A DNA stretch of 64,000 bases from a plasmid: the sequence record CP121101.1; one strand, written 5' to 3'. Below, piece after piece: positions 1 through 9,367 of this stretch; position 1 is the stretch's first letter; each line of letters opens with the position of its first letter. Made by a program: the position numbers and the translations under genes. The notes under the pieces are model-generated. The model saw only the letters and a list, made by a program, of their open reading frames with translations. It had not been told where the DNA came from and ran no database searches.

Positions 1-718
1 GGCCATCAGCATCAGCGTCAGATTGACTGGCAGCATCAGCGGCAGGTTCATGATCCGATTGTTGAGCCTTCAGATCTTCCAAGGAATCTCTGATCGCATC
101 TAGAACCAAATCAGCGCTGTCCCAGCAATCATTGAAGTCAGCGGTTATCACTCCCATTTCTGAGATGATTTCAAGCCTAGTCAATAAAGCATCCGGGAAG
201 CGTTGGCGTGCCAGCTCTCTCGTTTGCTCCCAAACTGGGGTGAGAGGCTTGTAGTTAAGCAACTCACATCCAATGTAGTGAGCAAGGTAGTCTTCCAGCA
301 CATTTATGGCTGGAGTATTCGTCCCAGGAACCTGCCTCATCCCCTTGGAGATAAACAGCTGCTCAATGGCTTCATATTCGCCACGGAGCCCCGGGTACTC
401 TAGAAGAGCCATCCGGTCTATCCGGCCGTCATCGAAGCAGTTCAGGAACCAACGGTGCACCTTACCTTTCGTCTTCAGCGACTCTTCATATTTTGCAAAG
501 TCAGAGCCATATCGGTGGTGAGCCCCTTCGTGCATGCCAAACCCCATGGCGGCCGCGGCCTGTACGGGATCCCCCGCATCGAAGAACGGCATTAACACCA
601 CACCTTGAGTTGTACCTGCAGTAGGATAATTTCCCCAGGTCGTCCTCAAACCGAAGTCGTTGGCCATCATGGCTAACCGTATTTGAATGGTCAGCATTTT
701 GCTTTGAGTAGACTGCAT
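1..718 (-). CDS. Zincin-like metallopeptidase (HExxH; SprT/ArdC-like?), C-terminus cut by window edge
   Basis: My own minus-strand translation from the ATG at 718-716 stays open to position 1, so it is absent from the ORF track for lack of a stop. A GGAG sits 7 nt upstream of the ATG. The product begins MQSTQSKMLTIQIRLAMMANDFGL and contains FGMHEGAHHRYG, i.e. an HEGAH zinc-binding motif. Confidence 0.45.
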   Translation of the reverse strand, partial: MQSTQSKMLTIQIRLAMMANDFGLRTTWGNYPTAGTTQGVVLMPFFDAGDPVQAAAAMGFGMHEGAHHRYGSDFAKYEESLKTKGKVHRWFLNCFDDGRIDRMALLEYPGLRGEYEAIEQLFISKGMRQVPGTNTPAINVLEDYLAHYIGCELLNYKPLTPVWEQTRELARQRFPDALLTRLEIISEMGVITADFNDCWDSADLVLDAIRDSLEDLKAQQSDHEPAADAASQSDADADG

Positions 719-730
719 TATGTGTCTCCA

Positions 731-759
731 AATAATAAAACCCCAGGGCGAGCCTGGGG
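731..759 (-). terminator. Rho-independent terminator after gene 788-1780
   Basis: The hairpin ccccagg-gcgagc-cctgggg is followed on the minus strand by a T-run; on the plus strand this shows as aataataaaa at 731-740. Confidence 0.6.
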
Positions 760-787
760 TTGGTTGGGGTTGCCTTGGTAAGGCGGA

Positions 788-1780
788 TTAGTAAAACCCG
801 GCCACTTCGGTGGAGGGATTATTGGTGGTGGTCGATATGGCGGCCAACATCCCGGTGAGGAAGTTGTCCTTGGAAGTGGTAACAGAACTCGGAGCAACTG
901 TTGGGTCTTCTTCCTCTTCGATCTCGAACTTGGCAGTCCTTAGGGACGACAAGTAGATCGGATCGCTCAACAACGTGAGCAAGCCCATCATTTTACTCAG
1001 CTCAGTAGCATCCAATTGAGCTGCCCGTCTCTTGGGGAGAGAACTTTCGAACGCATCAATGCTGTCAATAGCCGGTTGGATAAAACTATCCAGCACAGCC
1101 ATCTGTATGAGCTTTTCTTTGATGTTCGTCACATACCTCAGTGACTTGCGAGTGAACTTACTACCGTTGGACATCGAATACTGGAAGTCTCGCAAAGAGT
1201 TGCGAGCCATTTCAGAGATCGTATCAACTGCAGCATCACCAAGTGGGTTGTTAACCACATCCTCATTCACGCGATACGAAAATGAAACCTGCTTCCGGAC
1301 GTAATCCACGTCATAAAGCGAGGATCGTATACGAGAGGCGAAATCGTGGAGAGACACCGTTGCGGCTGCCTGTTGTATCCAAGAGTCGCATTCAGCGTCG
1401 TAGTTGAGTAAGAGCTGATCAAGATTTGCGTAGAAGCTGATTCTCATCAACTCAAGGCCGTCAGTTACCTCACTCAATAAATGGCGAGGTACAGCCCAAG
1501 CCCCAAGGACTTGGAAACCGACTTTGCTAAGCAGGGCGATACCCTCTTGGCGAGCTCTGCCTTGGAATGCGATCTTTTTCTTATCGAAGACCGATTTTGA
1601 CCCCAAGCGAACCACATCGGCGGCTAACGCCTCATTTTCTAGTCCCAAATCAAGGGGCTTGTTGTTCCGGGTCGCAGACCAGGTGGTGACTTTGAAATCC
1701 ACCAGCACATAGCGCTGGAAGAATTCGACAAAATTCATTGCGGTAAAGGATGACATGGGTAATTCCTTATCTCTGGACAA
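788..1780 (-). CDS. Hypothetical protein (about 320 aa)
   Basis: Long minus-strand ORF. The likely start is the internal Met of MSSFTAMNFVEF. It is followed by a terminator, and I could not recognise a family. Confidence 0.5.
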   Translation of the reverse strand: MSRDKELPMSSFTAMNFVEFFQRYVLVDFKVTTWSATRNNKPLDLGLENEALAADVVRLGSKSVFDKKKIAFQGRARQEGIALLSKVGFQVLGAWAVPRHLLSEVTDGLELMRISFYANLDQLLLNYDAECDSWIQQAAATVSLHDFASRIRSSLYDVDYVRKQVSFSYRVNEDVVNNPLGDAAVDTISEMARNSLRDFQYSMSNGSKFTRKSLRYVTNIKEKLIQMAVLDSFIQPAIDSIDAFESSLPKRRAAQLDATELSKMMGLLTLLSDPIYLSSLRTAKFEIEEEEDPTVAPSSVTTSKDNFLTGMLAAISTTTNNPSTEVAGFY

Positions 1781-2063
1781 GGAGTTCCCATAGCGGGAAA
1801 ACTCCCGTCAGGGTGGTGTTGGCCGATTAGGCCGAGTTGGGGTTGCGATCCGCGGATGCGGTGTGCCTTGAATCGCTGAGCACAAAACGCCACAAATAGT
1901 AGCGCTCTCGGAAATGTTCACCAAACACATCCGGCAGCACTCTGATCTGGATTTTTGCGTGACAAATACGACTCGACGAGTCACAAAGGCGAGGTTGGAA
2001 GCTACGGCCCAGAAAGGAGTCCGATTAGCCGTTCGGACATGAGCATACTATCTCAGGTGGAGA

Positions 2064-2098
2064 CAAAAAAATCAACGCTGCCCTTAGGCAACGTTGAT
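2064..2098 (-). terminator. Rho-independent terminator that encloses the stop of the 2084-2601 gene
   Basis: On the minus strand the hairpin atcaacgttgcc-taag-ggcagcgttgat is followed by ttttttt. Confidence 0.55.
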
Positions 2099-2601
2099 TT
2101 CACTCTCTTTGATTCTTGCGATTGCCATATCCAGCCAGGCACCCAACGTTGGGTGATTTCCTTGCCGGCAGTAACGGGCCCAACATGGCCAGAAGTCCGG
2201 GTCGTTCTTTGGCCAGGGGGGCTCGTGAGCCTCTAGTGTCCGATTAACCAAGACCTTGGTAACGGCCTTAATGATCGCCGGAGCACCAGCACTAGCACAT
2301 GGCAGTTTAGGGAGTCGCGACAAGCTATCCTTCAGTCCTTGCACTATTCTGTACTCGGCTTCCTTCCCTTTGATACACAAAGCGTAAAGGGGCCTGCAGT
2401 TCTTTGCCCAAGGCATATCAGGTAGTTCGTACCCCATTCGCAGTGGCACGATGTTGACGGTATCCCCGATGATGCCAATGAGAAATTCATTTGCCCCACC
2501 ACAGCTTGTTGTTTGCTCATCACATACTCAACCACGAGATCTACATCATTGCTGAGCGTGGTACCAAGAATGTTGTGCAAGCATCCTTTCAGCGTATTCA
2601 T
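2084..2601 (-). CDS. Hypothetical protein, apparently interrupted by a frameshift
   Basis: ORFs 2344-2601 and 2084-2449 overlap in different frames. Together they would encode about 170 aa. Confidence 0.3.
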
Positions 2602-2612
2602 ACGAACACCTC

Positions 2613-2636
2613 AAAAAAACCCGGCTCTAGGCCGGG
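2613..2636 (-). terminator. Rho-independent terminator after gene 2655-3050
   Basis: The hairpin cccggcctagagccggg is followed by a T-run on the minus strand. Confidence 0.55.
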
Positions 2637-2654
2637 TTGGTTGGTGTTAGAAGG

Positions 2655-3050
2655 TTAGTAAAATGCGAACTCAAACATACCTTTATGTTTGCTGAGTATC
2701 TGCTTTACCGCCTCCTGGAGTTGTTGAACTGGTGCATCAGATATGCCGACAGACTGCAAATGCTCAAGCTGTTCGGGTAGACACAGATCAATAAAATTTC
2801 GACTATGGTCATCGATCATGTCAAAAGCGTTGTGCAGCGTAAGCAGCAACAACATTACGACCTGCCCTGCATCTATCCTTTTAGTTACCCCCCGAAAGGG
2901 AATATTGCCCGTCAAGTTGCATCCGTAAAGCACCCCTTCACCTGGCATTGTTGGTGTGATAAACACCCCCTCCTCCGCCAGTTCCGCCATGATGTTTTGC
3001 CACGTGGCGACGATTTGCTCTGGTTCGGTGATTTTTGCTCGAAAGTACAT
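2655..3050 (-). CDS. Hypothetical 131-aa protein, translationally coupled to the upstream AAA ATPase
   Basis: Its start lies 6 nt after the stop of ORF 3056-4081, with a GGAC/TAAG-type RBS. Confidence 0.5.
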   Translation of the reverse strand: MYFRAKITEPEQIVATWQNIMAELAEEGVFITPTMPGEGVLYGCNLTGNIPFRGVTKRIDAGQVVMLLLLTLHNAFDMIDDHSRNFIDLCLPEQLEHLQSVGISDAPVQQLQEAVKQILSKHKGMFEFAFY

Positions 3051-3055
3051 GGCAC

Positions 3056-4081
3056 TTAGTCCTCAACCCAAGCCTGGCCGAATACAGCTTTGCAAAGGTG
3101 CATAGCTGCTTCGTAAGTCGCCTCATCACCAACTAAGCGATGAGCATACGCCTCGTGGAAGGTTTTTTTGACCCTGTTACGGACTGATGTTGGACTGGTA
3201 CGAACCATCTCTCTCACCCAACGAAGCAGGCTGCGAATGGACAACGGTTTATCCATCGCTACCCCGTTCGTCATCGTGAGATCGTTTTGTTGAGACTTTT
3301 CTACAGCAGTATTGATATCGCGCATAACGCGGATCATATCTGGTAGCAAAGCCTCAATTGCATTGACGTGCGAGGGTGGAACTTTTTGTCCAAGCTCTGC
3401 TTCCCAATCAGTAACCTTGTTTGCGATTTTGTTCTTGCAAATCGTACTCATGTCATCGTCACTCAACTCGCTTGGGGCGAGTGGGATGAATCGGTCGATA
3501 AGCGCATCACTCAACCCAGTCGTGCCTCTGAACCCAGATAGCCCAGTGATACCACCGTTGTTGAAGGTGAACACACAACGGAACAGCTTGTGCGGTTCCA
3601 ACCATTCACCAGTTTCAGCCAGCTCAATGCCATGAGTCATGAGCTCATAGAAAGCCACCAGCTCCGCAGGTTGCATAGCATCAGCTTCGTTGAGCAAGAA
3701 TATCCCACCATTAAGCAGAGCTTCCCGCAACGGACCAGAAACGAACTCACCCGTAGCGGGGTTAACACGCCCGAGCAAATCCAGCTGGAAGCTGGTCTCC
3801 TGAGTGCCTTCGACTTGGTAAAGAGGCCACTGAGTTCGAGCTGCGAACTGGATGACTCCGGTTGTCTTGCCGGCACCATACCCGCCATAGGAAACGATGA
3901 TGTCTCCATCTGGATCGGCCATGAGCCTGCGCACATCATCAAGGAAGGTTGTTGTGAAAACGTGTGGTTTTCTTACCGGCACGCGGGGGTTCATTAGATG
4001 AGCATCACCATGGGGGCAACGAACCTTGATGCTTTCATCCAAGTCAAATTCGCTGCCAGAAATGAATTTGTGCTGAGTCAT
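3056..4081 (-). CDS. AAA+ ATPase, AAA_5 / MoxR-CobS-like
   Basis: Walker A is GYGAGKTTG and Walker B is IFLLNEADAM. The ORF-track start at 4243 would run into the upstream repeat element. I take the start as the ATG at 4081 (MTQHKF), which has a GGAG RBS. Confidence 0.65.
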   Translation of the reverse strand: MTQHKFISGSEFDLDESIKVRCPHGDAHLMNPRVPVRKPHVFTTTFLDDVRRLMADPDGDIIVSYGGYGAGKTTGVIQFAARTQWPLYQVEGTQETSFQLDLLGRVNPATGEFVSGPLREALLNGGIFLLNEADAMQPAELVAFYELMTHGIELAETGEWLEPHKLFRCVFTFNNGGITGLSGFRGTTGLSDALIDRFIPLAPSELSDDDMSTICKNKIANKVTDWEAELGQKVPPSHVNAIEALLPDMIRVMRDINTAVEKSQQNDLTMTNGVAMDKPLSIRSLLRWVREMVRTSPTSVRNRVKKTFHEAYAHRLVGDEATYEAAMHLCKAVFGQAWVED

Positions 4082-4132
4082 AAAATCTCCGAATACCTGC
4101 TTGAGCAGGTTGTGTTTGTGTTGGGCTGAATG

Positions 4133-4390
4133 CCCGGGTTGGTGTTGGTCGCGAGTGACACATTGCGGACCGAGTGCCATAGAGACAGCCAGGGCTGTTT
4201 CTGCATGTTCGCTGACGCCGGAGAGATACCGGTGAACGGACATGCAGAATCAGCCAACGAGGGCTTGAGTGATAGATCACGGGTGAGGAAGTCGGCAGAG
4301 CGCCGGGATGTTGGTGTTGGCGTCAAGCCGTTCGGCTCGCCCCCTGATATCGACGCCGGGAGCATGGACAGAATAGCCTTCGGCTGACCT
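4133..4390 (-). repeat. Copy 1 of a conserved structured intergenic element; the core is 4133-4285
   Basis: It is about 85% identical to four other copies. It holds an imperfect palindrome ttctgcatgt..acatgcagaa inside ggctg..cagcc. It lies between the terminator of gene 4428-5438 and the start of gene 3056-4081. Confidence 0.8.
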
Positions 4391-4427
4391 CGTGTAAAGA
4401 CGGCCACCCCTTACGGGGTGGCCTGGG

Positions 4428-5438
4428 TTACTTAACAAAAATCAACAGCAAGCATTTCAGCGGCCCCCTGACCGTTGTACTCGATCTGGCTGACTCTGAT
4501 GATGGTTCAGTTGATTGTTTTCTATACAGCTCTGGGTTAGGTAATGTGATATTGGGGTTACGCTTTTGAACAGCTTCTGTCCATTTCACATAATCGATAA
4601 CCCCTTGCCGCGGGGAGGAATGCAATCGCACACCAGCATACTCGGCCTTTACATGGTTACCCATCATGGATCGCAATGCTTTTTTCAGCTCTGCTTCCCG
4701 GGCCTTGGCCTCATCAATCCTCACTTTGATTGGAGACATGTCACGCCAGACTTGCTGCAGCTCTGCAGCAATTTGGGTCCATGCTTCTTGGTCTTGTTGG
4801 GTGCTCGGCTCGAAGTAGTCGAGCTCTGTAATCGGCGGGGCTTCATCCCGTTCGTACAGATCCCACCACCATTTTTGCCGCTCGATCAGCAGTTCGATTA
4901 GCTCCTCATCGCGTGTGATGCGAAACACTATGAGCTTGCGATCATAGGCGCGATAAAAGGCCAAATAGCCAATCTTAGCTCCTGTCGCCAGTAGCTGGTC
5001 TTGTACCTGGGGTAGGTAGCGTTGGTAGGCCTCCGAGTTCCGGCGTTCTTGCATTACTGACTCGAAGGTTTCCCATGCTGGCACTTTGAGCTCAACCGGA
5101 GAACCATCGGACATTAACCCATCCAACGAAACGCGAATGAAGGAATAAGTCTCGTGCTGCACACAGGTTGGTATCACTAGGTCAAATATGCCTTGCGACT
5201 CTAACCAGCGCTCGAACGCCTGTCGGGCCAGCGGCTCTTGTTCATTTCCTCTTCGCACAAAGAAGTTTTTGCTCAGGTCTGTGCCGGGTTTGCGCCCAGT
5301 TTTGACCATCCAAAATGCACGAGCACTTTCATGCGCGTATGGCCACTGGATTACAGAAGCAACACTAGATGCTCCTATGCCACCAGCTCGCCATTCATGC
5401 CATTCAGGGGTGCCCTGAACTAGGTCGACGTAGATCAT
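4428..5438 (-). CDS. YqaJ-like phage-type exonuclease (PD-(D/E)XK)
   Basis: The N-terminus GTPEWHEWRAGGIGASSVASVI is typical of the YqaJ viral recombinase domain. The ATG at 5438 has an AGAGGA RBS, and a terminator hairpin sits at 4402-4423. Confidence 0.65.
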   Translation of the reverse strand: MIYVDLVQGTPEWHEWRAGGIGASSVASVIQWPYAHESARAFWMVKTGRKPGTDLSKNFFVRRGNEQEPLARQAFERWLESQGIFDLVIPTCVQHETYSFIRVSLDGLMSDGSPVELKVPAWETFESVMQERRNSEAYQRYLPQVQDQLLATGAKIGYLAFYRAYDRKLIVFRITRDEELIELLIERQKWWWDLYERDEAPPITELDYFEPSTQQDQEAWTQIAAELQQVWRDMSPIKVRIDEAKAREAELKKALRSMMGNHVKAEYAGVRLHSSPRQGVIDYVKWTEAVQKRNPNITLPNPELYRKQSTEPSSESARSSTTVRGPLKCLLLIFVK

Positions 5439-5521
5439 GGGTGTGTCCTCTATCAATCAGCCGATGTCGAGCGCCAGGACGGTCACATTTCGATCGGACA
5501 TAGATTGCTTGTGGGCAGGAG

Positions 5522-5750
5522 CCCGGGTTGGTGTTGGTCGCGAGTGGCACATTGCGGACCGAGTGCCATAGAGACAGCCTTGGGCTGTTTCTGCATGTGC
5601 GCTGACGCCGGAGAAATACCGGTGAACGGACATGCAGAATCAGCCAACGAGGGCTTGGGTGATAGATCACGGGTGGGAGTGCCGGCGCAGGGCTGGGGGG
5701 TTAGTGTTGGTGCCAAGCCTTATGGCCTGCTCTTATAAGGCACCGAGAGC
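5522..5750 (-). repeat. Copy 2 of the conserved structured element; the core is 5522-5675
   Basis: The core is the same as copy 1. Its 3' extension (gttggtgcc..taggcaccgag hairpin) is shared with copies 4 and 5. Confidence 0.8.
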
Positions 5751-5898
5751 GTTTTTCCATTGTAGTCTATCCAGGTGTTCAATAGCTGTCCAGGCCAATT
5801 GGCAGTCATCCACTGGCCGATAAGGTCGTGCTCTATGGAGCCGGCAATTCTGCTGATCCTCTCGATGAACGGCTGACACAGGCATTGGCATGTGTGGG

Positions 5899-5925
5899 AA
5901 AAAAAGCCACCGAACTTCGGTGGCT
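5899..5925 (-). terminator. Rho-independent terminator after gene 5938-8509
   Basis: The hairpin agccaccgaagttcggtggct is followed by ttttttt on the minus strand. Confidence 0.6.
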
Positions 5926-5937
5926 TTAGGTTGTGGG

Positions 5938-8509
5938 TTACATGGCTAGCATAAGCTGATCACCTTCGACATAGCGCTTCAGTGGCCTCTTTGGCAACTT
6001 AACAACCACATCTGGCAAATGAGCCGTTACTAATCTCCGTCCTGTTTTGACCATCCGAACAAAGCTGGAATAGGTCGCGTTAGGGTAGGCTACGTCACTG
6101 ATAACTGATGAGGGAGAAACCCCCTCCCCTGTCTCCAACTGACGTTGCAACCGGACTAGCTCGGCATCAAGATGCATGCGCACCAATGTACCGACTTTGC
6201 CGCGGAGTTGCGATAAGCTGGTTGCAATCTGCCATTTCCATCGTTTTTCCAGTTGCAGCGATGCTGCATTGATCCCGCCGATTGTTAACCGAGCGACCCT
6301 CACAGCAATCACCGAGGAAAGCCTGCACTCCAGATCAAACCCAATACGTTTGGCTTGCTCTATTGCCTCAGCCTCCTGCTCTGCAAACAGGACATGCTCA
6401 ACATCGGCCCAAAAGGCTGTGTTGTTCTGACGATGGTAGTCCAGCGTGAAGCTGATCCAACATAGCCGGCGCATTTGTCTAGCCCGAGCCAAATGCTTGA
6501 GTTCGTGACGGCGATATTCTGCCTGGACGATTTGCCGATATTCAGGGGTACTCAGAATTTCCAGGTCGCTTCGGCAGTAGATGCCCATTAATGACTGGTC
6601 ACCAGACAACCCCATTTGCCGCATACGTTGACCACGCTGGGCCATCATATGCATATCTGCAACCTTGCTTGGCGTGATCTGCACCACACCAAAGCGCAAC
6701 AGATATAGCACTGCAGCTGTGTTCGTCATGTCACCAGCCTGGGCAGACTCTCTCATCCGGTCATACTCATCCCAGATGATCCAACTAGCAACATCACCAT
6801 CGATGGTCAGTTGCTTTGCTGTCTCTACCGGCCCGATAGTGCGATGTCCATCATGAGTGCGTATATCGGTGGCGGCCCTCCGATCGTTTTGGCCATCAAA
6901 GTAGGTGGCCGACAACATCGGATCGGACAGCCCATCGGTCAGCTCATCAGACCCCCATTTAAGACCGGGGATCTTAAGCCAAAACTCTTGCGGAATCTTG
7001 GTCGCCGGTACCGGAGTTATTAACTCATCCTCCGTTAGCAGCTCGATGTTTCCATCCTCCCAGACACTGCGATAAATCTCTATCGCTTGGAATGGCGTTG
7101 AGTGAAAGCAGTGGAAATCCCACAGCCAACTCACGTGTAACAACTGCTCAGGTGACACAATGCGGAATTGGGGCTTCGACATGCGCTGGTTGTAGTCGTT
7201 GTCCTCGACTTCACCAAGGAGCAATTTCATCTCCAGATCCTCTGCCCTTTGCTGCTCCACATAGTCCGCGGAGCAGCATAAACGCAGCAGTCGAGCCAAG
7301 AAGCTAGGTGAGAACACGTCAGGCTGTACCTTAATGAATCCCCCTGCGTAGATTGTCCTTCCGACAGGATGACGATCTTCCCAGGACCATTGCTTGACAC
7401 CTAAAAGCCGTTGGATGTTGTTAAGGTTCACCATGTAGGCGTAGCGGTCAACCAGGGTTCTGACCCCATTGACCTCATGATAAAGCATGTTCTCCATGCT
7501 TTTATCTGTCCCACCTCGCAGGCAAGTCCAGCATCCAGTTCTTGCGCCGCAGGCATCAGAGACCTTCTTCTCGCTAGCGCTCCAGATACATTCACCTGTT
7601 GCGTCTCGATACAGCTCAGCCAATTCCTTGTTGTTGGCTTGGTAGCTTGGTAATGGCAAATGCACTGATGCTTCGTTACCGCAACTCATTAGCAGTTCCC
7701 ACACATCCCCTTGCGACCAGTGCCGGATGGGGTATAGCTCCCACCCTGCACTTGTTTTGACCGGAGCTGTGGCCTGCCCCCCGCGCCTGGCGATATTGCC
7801 AGCTCGAGTTACACCCTCTGCATCACGAGAACCCAGCACTAGACAAACCTTCTCACGCATCTCTTTTGGCATGAGCTTGATCATCTGAGCCTTTACTCTG
7901 TTACCTGTTGTTACCTTCAGGTCGATGCTGCATTGTGGTGAAGAGCTAGTGACATACGTTGGGAGGCCTCGACCAGTCAAAACACGCCCTGTCCAGGACG
8001 ATGCAGAGACTTGGTTTGCCGACTACGATAGACAGTGGCAATCGCTCCTTGTCGATCAGCGCTTGTATCGCGGCAAGCTGCCGGTCGGCGAGATTGCGCA
8101 CTTCAGGGTTCTCGACCTGTGTATCTGTATGACTGATCCAGTGGTAGGCAGAGATCTCGTTGCCGCGACCTTCACGAACCAACCCTATCATCGCAAACAA
8201 CAGTAGATGAAGAGTACCCGTCGAATCCTTCCCCCCGCTGAGTGCAAGAGAAATGGTAAACCCATCGAGTAACGTGGCTCTGATGGCAAGTACAGCTTCA
8301 GTGATCATGCTGGACAGTGGCTGCCCGGTCGTATCACTAATCGCTGCCATCAGATCGTCATTGTTCTGCAAAGTCTCTCTAAGCTGATCCCACTTGTCGC
8401 CACGGTAAATTGTAGCCTGAGGCTGCGCGAAGGAGCGTTCCGCCATGCTGATTTCACAAGCTTGCTCATCAAGAAAATCGATGTGTTCGAAGAGATCGAA
8501 GTTGTCCAT
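5938..8509 (-). CDS. PAPS reductase / PP-loop ATP-pyrophosphatase family protein (DndC/IbrA-like), interrupted by a frameshift near 7946-7980
   Basis: The N-terminal ORF 7946-8509 carries the PP-loop SGGKDS. The C-terminal 680-aa ORF 5938-7980 overlaps it by about 35 nt in another frame. Confidence 0.5.
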
Positions 8510-8618
8510 GTGTTGTCCTTATTTGTTGCCCGAGTTGGGCGGGTTGGGGTTGGTCACTGGTGGCGCATTACAGACCAAGCGCCATTAATGACCCGAGTAC
8601 AAAGCTCGGGGGATTGAT

Positions 8619-9152
8619 TCAACTATCGAGATAGTTAGGGTTGTCGAGTAAAAACTGGTGCGGGTTTCCTTGATATCGCAATAGCAGCGAAGTCCATTTC
8701 ACACCTCGGACCCACGAAGGAAGGTCAGCTAGTTGATCAAGTCGCCCAGGAGCGTGAGTCCGATATCCTCTTTTGATGGCGTGAAGCACACATTCATCAA
8801 CAGAGCTGAACACTTCATGCGTGAAGGGACCATTGACATCGTAGAAGCTCACGCGATACCCCCGCCGAGCAGAAGGCTCGGGGAAGACTACGGCTAGAGC
8901 CCCTTTCTCATCGCCTAACTCCAGAGAGAGACCAGAGCCACCGTTGGCTGCAATCAGGCGCTGACCGATCTGCACCCGGATCGAGAGCAAATAGTCTTGC
9001 ATGACCTCCATGAGCCGACCGAAGCAGATTTCTTGATCTTCATGTTCACTGAATTTCTCCAGAAACTCGGTCATCGAAGCGCTCGGTTCTTGGCCAAGCA
9101 GATCGTCATTAAAGTGCGGGCACTTCCGCACATGTGCTTTTGTTAAGAGCAT
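8619..9152 (-). CDS. Hypothetical protein (177 aa)
   Basis: The ORF has an AAGGA RBS before the ATG at 9152 and lies downstream of repeat copy 3. Confidence 0.5.
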   Translation of the reverse strand: MLLTKAHVRKCPHFNDDLLGQEPSASMTEFLEKFSEHEDQEICFGRLMEVMQDYLLSIRVQIGQRLIAANGGSGLSLELGDEKGALAVVFPEPSARRGYRVSFYDVNGPFTHEVFSSVDECVLHAIKRGYRTHAPGRLDQLADLPSWVRGVKWTSLLLRYQGNPHQFLLDNPNYLDS

Positions 9153-9178
9153 CTGGTTGTTCCTTAGAGTTGCCTAGA

Positions 9179-9365
9179 GGCGGATTGTTGTTGGTCGCGA
9201 GTGGCACATTGCGGACCGAGTGCCATAGAGACAGCCAGGGCTGTTTCTGCATGTGCGCTGATGTAGGAAAGATACCGGTAAACGGACATGCAGAATCAGC
9301 CAACGAGGGCTTGAGTGATAGATCACAGGTAGGGCTCAGGGGGGATGATGTGTACCTGGCCGGCT
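9179..9365 (-). repeat. Copy 3 of the conserved structured element; the core is 9179-9331
   Basis: Core as in copies 1 and 2. Its 3' extension is divergent, and it abuts the stop of gene 9368-10138. Confidence 0.75.
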
Positions 9366-9367
9366 GT

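Noticed and set aside
501-731. The 76-aa minus-strand ORF at the left edge
   Set aside because: It overlaps, in another frame, the longer open frame that runs off the window (1-718) and has a good RBS and an HExxH motif. It is probably spurious.
3056-4243. Annotated N-terminal extensions of several genes into the upstream repeat (3056-4243, 4428-5456, 9368-10279, 14593-15327, 15488-16711)
   Set aside because: In each case an internal ATG with a good RBS lies just downstream of the repeat or terminator. The extension would otherwise translate conserved non-coding sequence.
4130-4387. Small ORFs inside the conserved repeats (4130-4387+, 5505-5738+, 9134-9388+, and the minus-strand ORFs 4078-4407, 5483-5716, 9109-9420, 49183-49440) as real peptide genes
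   Set aside because: Their apparent conservation (for example CFCMCADAGEIPVNGHAESANEGL or TNTNPG) follows directly from nucleotide conservation and exists in several frames at once. There are no consistent starts or RBS. They are better explained as non-coding.
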